Source: Candidatus Lindowiibacteriota bacterium (GTDB taxonomy: Bacteria; Lindowbacteria; 2-12-FULL-62-27). From it: a DNA stretch of 34,070 bases. The notes beneath the pieces were generated by a model, which was given only the letters and a program-made list of their open reading frames with translations, ran no database searches and was not told where the DNA came from. Where the stretch lies: assembly GCA_023249255.1 (NCBI GenBank), contig JAHFCY010000001.1, positions 20,058-54,127 on the forward strand. The letters run 5' to 3'. Of the stretch, positions 33,347 through 34,070 are shown piece by piece (position 1 is the stretch's first letter; each line of letters opens with the position of its first letter). The translations under genes were made by a program, and so were the position numbers.

Positions 33347-34070
33347 CACGACCCTGCGGGACGGCGAGCAATCGCCGGGCTGCAGTTTGAACGTCGATGA
33401 AAAAATCCAGGTGGCGCTGGCTCTTGCCCGCCTCAACGTCGACATCATCGAAGGGGGATTCCCGATTTCAAGTCCCGGTGATTTCGAGTCCGTTTCGCGC
33501 ATCGCGAAAGAGGTCAAGGGCGTGTCGGTCGCGGGCCTGGCGCGGTCGCTCGAAAAGGACATTGACGCGTGCTACGAGGCCGTCAAACACGCCGATGCGC
33601 CGCGGATCCACACGTTCATCGCAACAAGCGACATCCATATCGCGAAAAAGTTCCGCAAAACGCGAACGGAAATTCTTGAAATGGCCGTCGGGGCCGTCAG
33701 GCACGCAAAGGGAAAACTTCCGGACGTCGAATTTTCCTGCGAGGACGCCTGCAGATCGGATCCGGAGTACCTGGTCCAGATTCTGACCGCCGTCATCGAC
33801 GCGGGCGCCACCACGGTCAACATTCCGGACACCGTCGGCTACACGACGCCGCAGGAATTTCATTCGCTGATCGCGTTTCTTCGCGCCAAAGTCTCCAACA
33901 TCGATCGTGCCGTGATCAGCGTCCACTGCCACAACGACCTCGGCCTGGCGACTTCGAATTCGCTGGCCGCAGTTCTGGCCGGCGCGGGCCAGGTCGAATG
34001 CACCGTCAACGGAATCGGCGAGCGGGCGGGCAACGCGTCGCTGGAGGTAATCGTCATGGCGATCCGGACC
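33321..34070 (+). CDS. leuA: 2-isopropylmalate synthase, N-terminal 250 aa (continues past the window end)
   Basis: ATG33321 follows the SD GGGGAGGTGAGGG. My translation is [58 protein letters not shown]...[42 protein letters not shown]. It is absent from the ORF track because there is no stop in the window. It overlaps the pssA end by 26 nt. Confidence 0.85.
   Translation, partial: MSRVIRIFDTTLRDGEQSPGCSLNVDEKIQVALALARLNVDIIEGGFPISSPGDFESVSRIAKEVKGVSVAGLARSLEKDIDACYEAVKHADAPRIHTFIATSDIHIAKKFRKTRTEILEMAVGAVRHAKGKLPDVEFSCEDACRSDPEYLVQILTAVIDAGATTVNIPDTVGYTTPQEFHSLIAFLRAKVSNIDRAVISVHCHNDLGLATSNSLAAVLAGAGQVECTVNGIGERAGNASLEVIVMAIRT

Noticed and set aside
1-34070. Search for CRISPR arrays, tandem or inverted repeats flanking genes, IS elements or integrases, and tRNA/rRNA genes
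   Set aside because: By eye, no intergenic gap is large enough or shows repeat-spacer periodicity or cloverleaf-like structure. No ORF has transposase, integrase or recombinase motifs. A computational repeat and tRNA scan would be needed to be definitive.

Overview
This is a tightly packed, high-GC (roughly 58-60% by eye) bacterial chromosomal segment with about 37 protein genes. I recognised no rRNA, tRNA, CRISPR array, transposase or integrase. Most genes are core metabolism or housekeeping: queG, hemL, tatA/tatC, thrC-hom, coaE, coaBC, gatCAB, ilvN-ilvC-psd-pssA-leuA, a 5'-nucleotidase, an RND/MMPL exporter and an M23/LysM peptidase. Many neighbouring genes are joined by 4-nt ATGA/GTGA stop-start overlaps. 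Two loci stand out. (1) Three late flagellar genes are scattered among the housekeeping genes: a minimal 272-aa flagellin (3891-4706), a 478-aa flagellin (9681-11117) and an orphan flgM (28501-28806). The internal insert of the 478-aa flagellin reads like a complete von Willebrand factor A (vWA) domain with MIDAS residues. Each of the three genes lies downstream of a sigma-28-type promoter with the same TAAAnnnn-N12-nCCGATAw geometry. (2) A 467-aa ORF (1545-2948) carries the three archaeo-eukaryotic primase (AEP) catalytic motifs and a C-terminal PPC...4-Cys region resembling the Fe-S domain of the primase large subunit PriL. It is coupled by a GTGA overlap to an RsmI-like methyltransferase. 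All family assignments were made by eye from motifs in the translations, because no database or structure search was possible. Gene starts were refined from the ORF track using conserved N-termini, Shine-Dalgarno sequences and stop/start overlaps.
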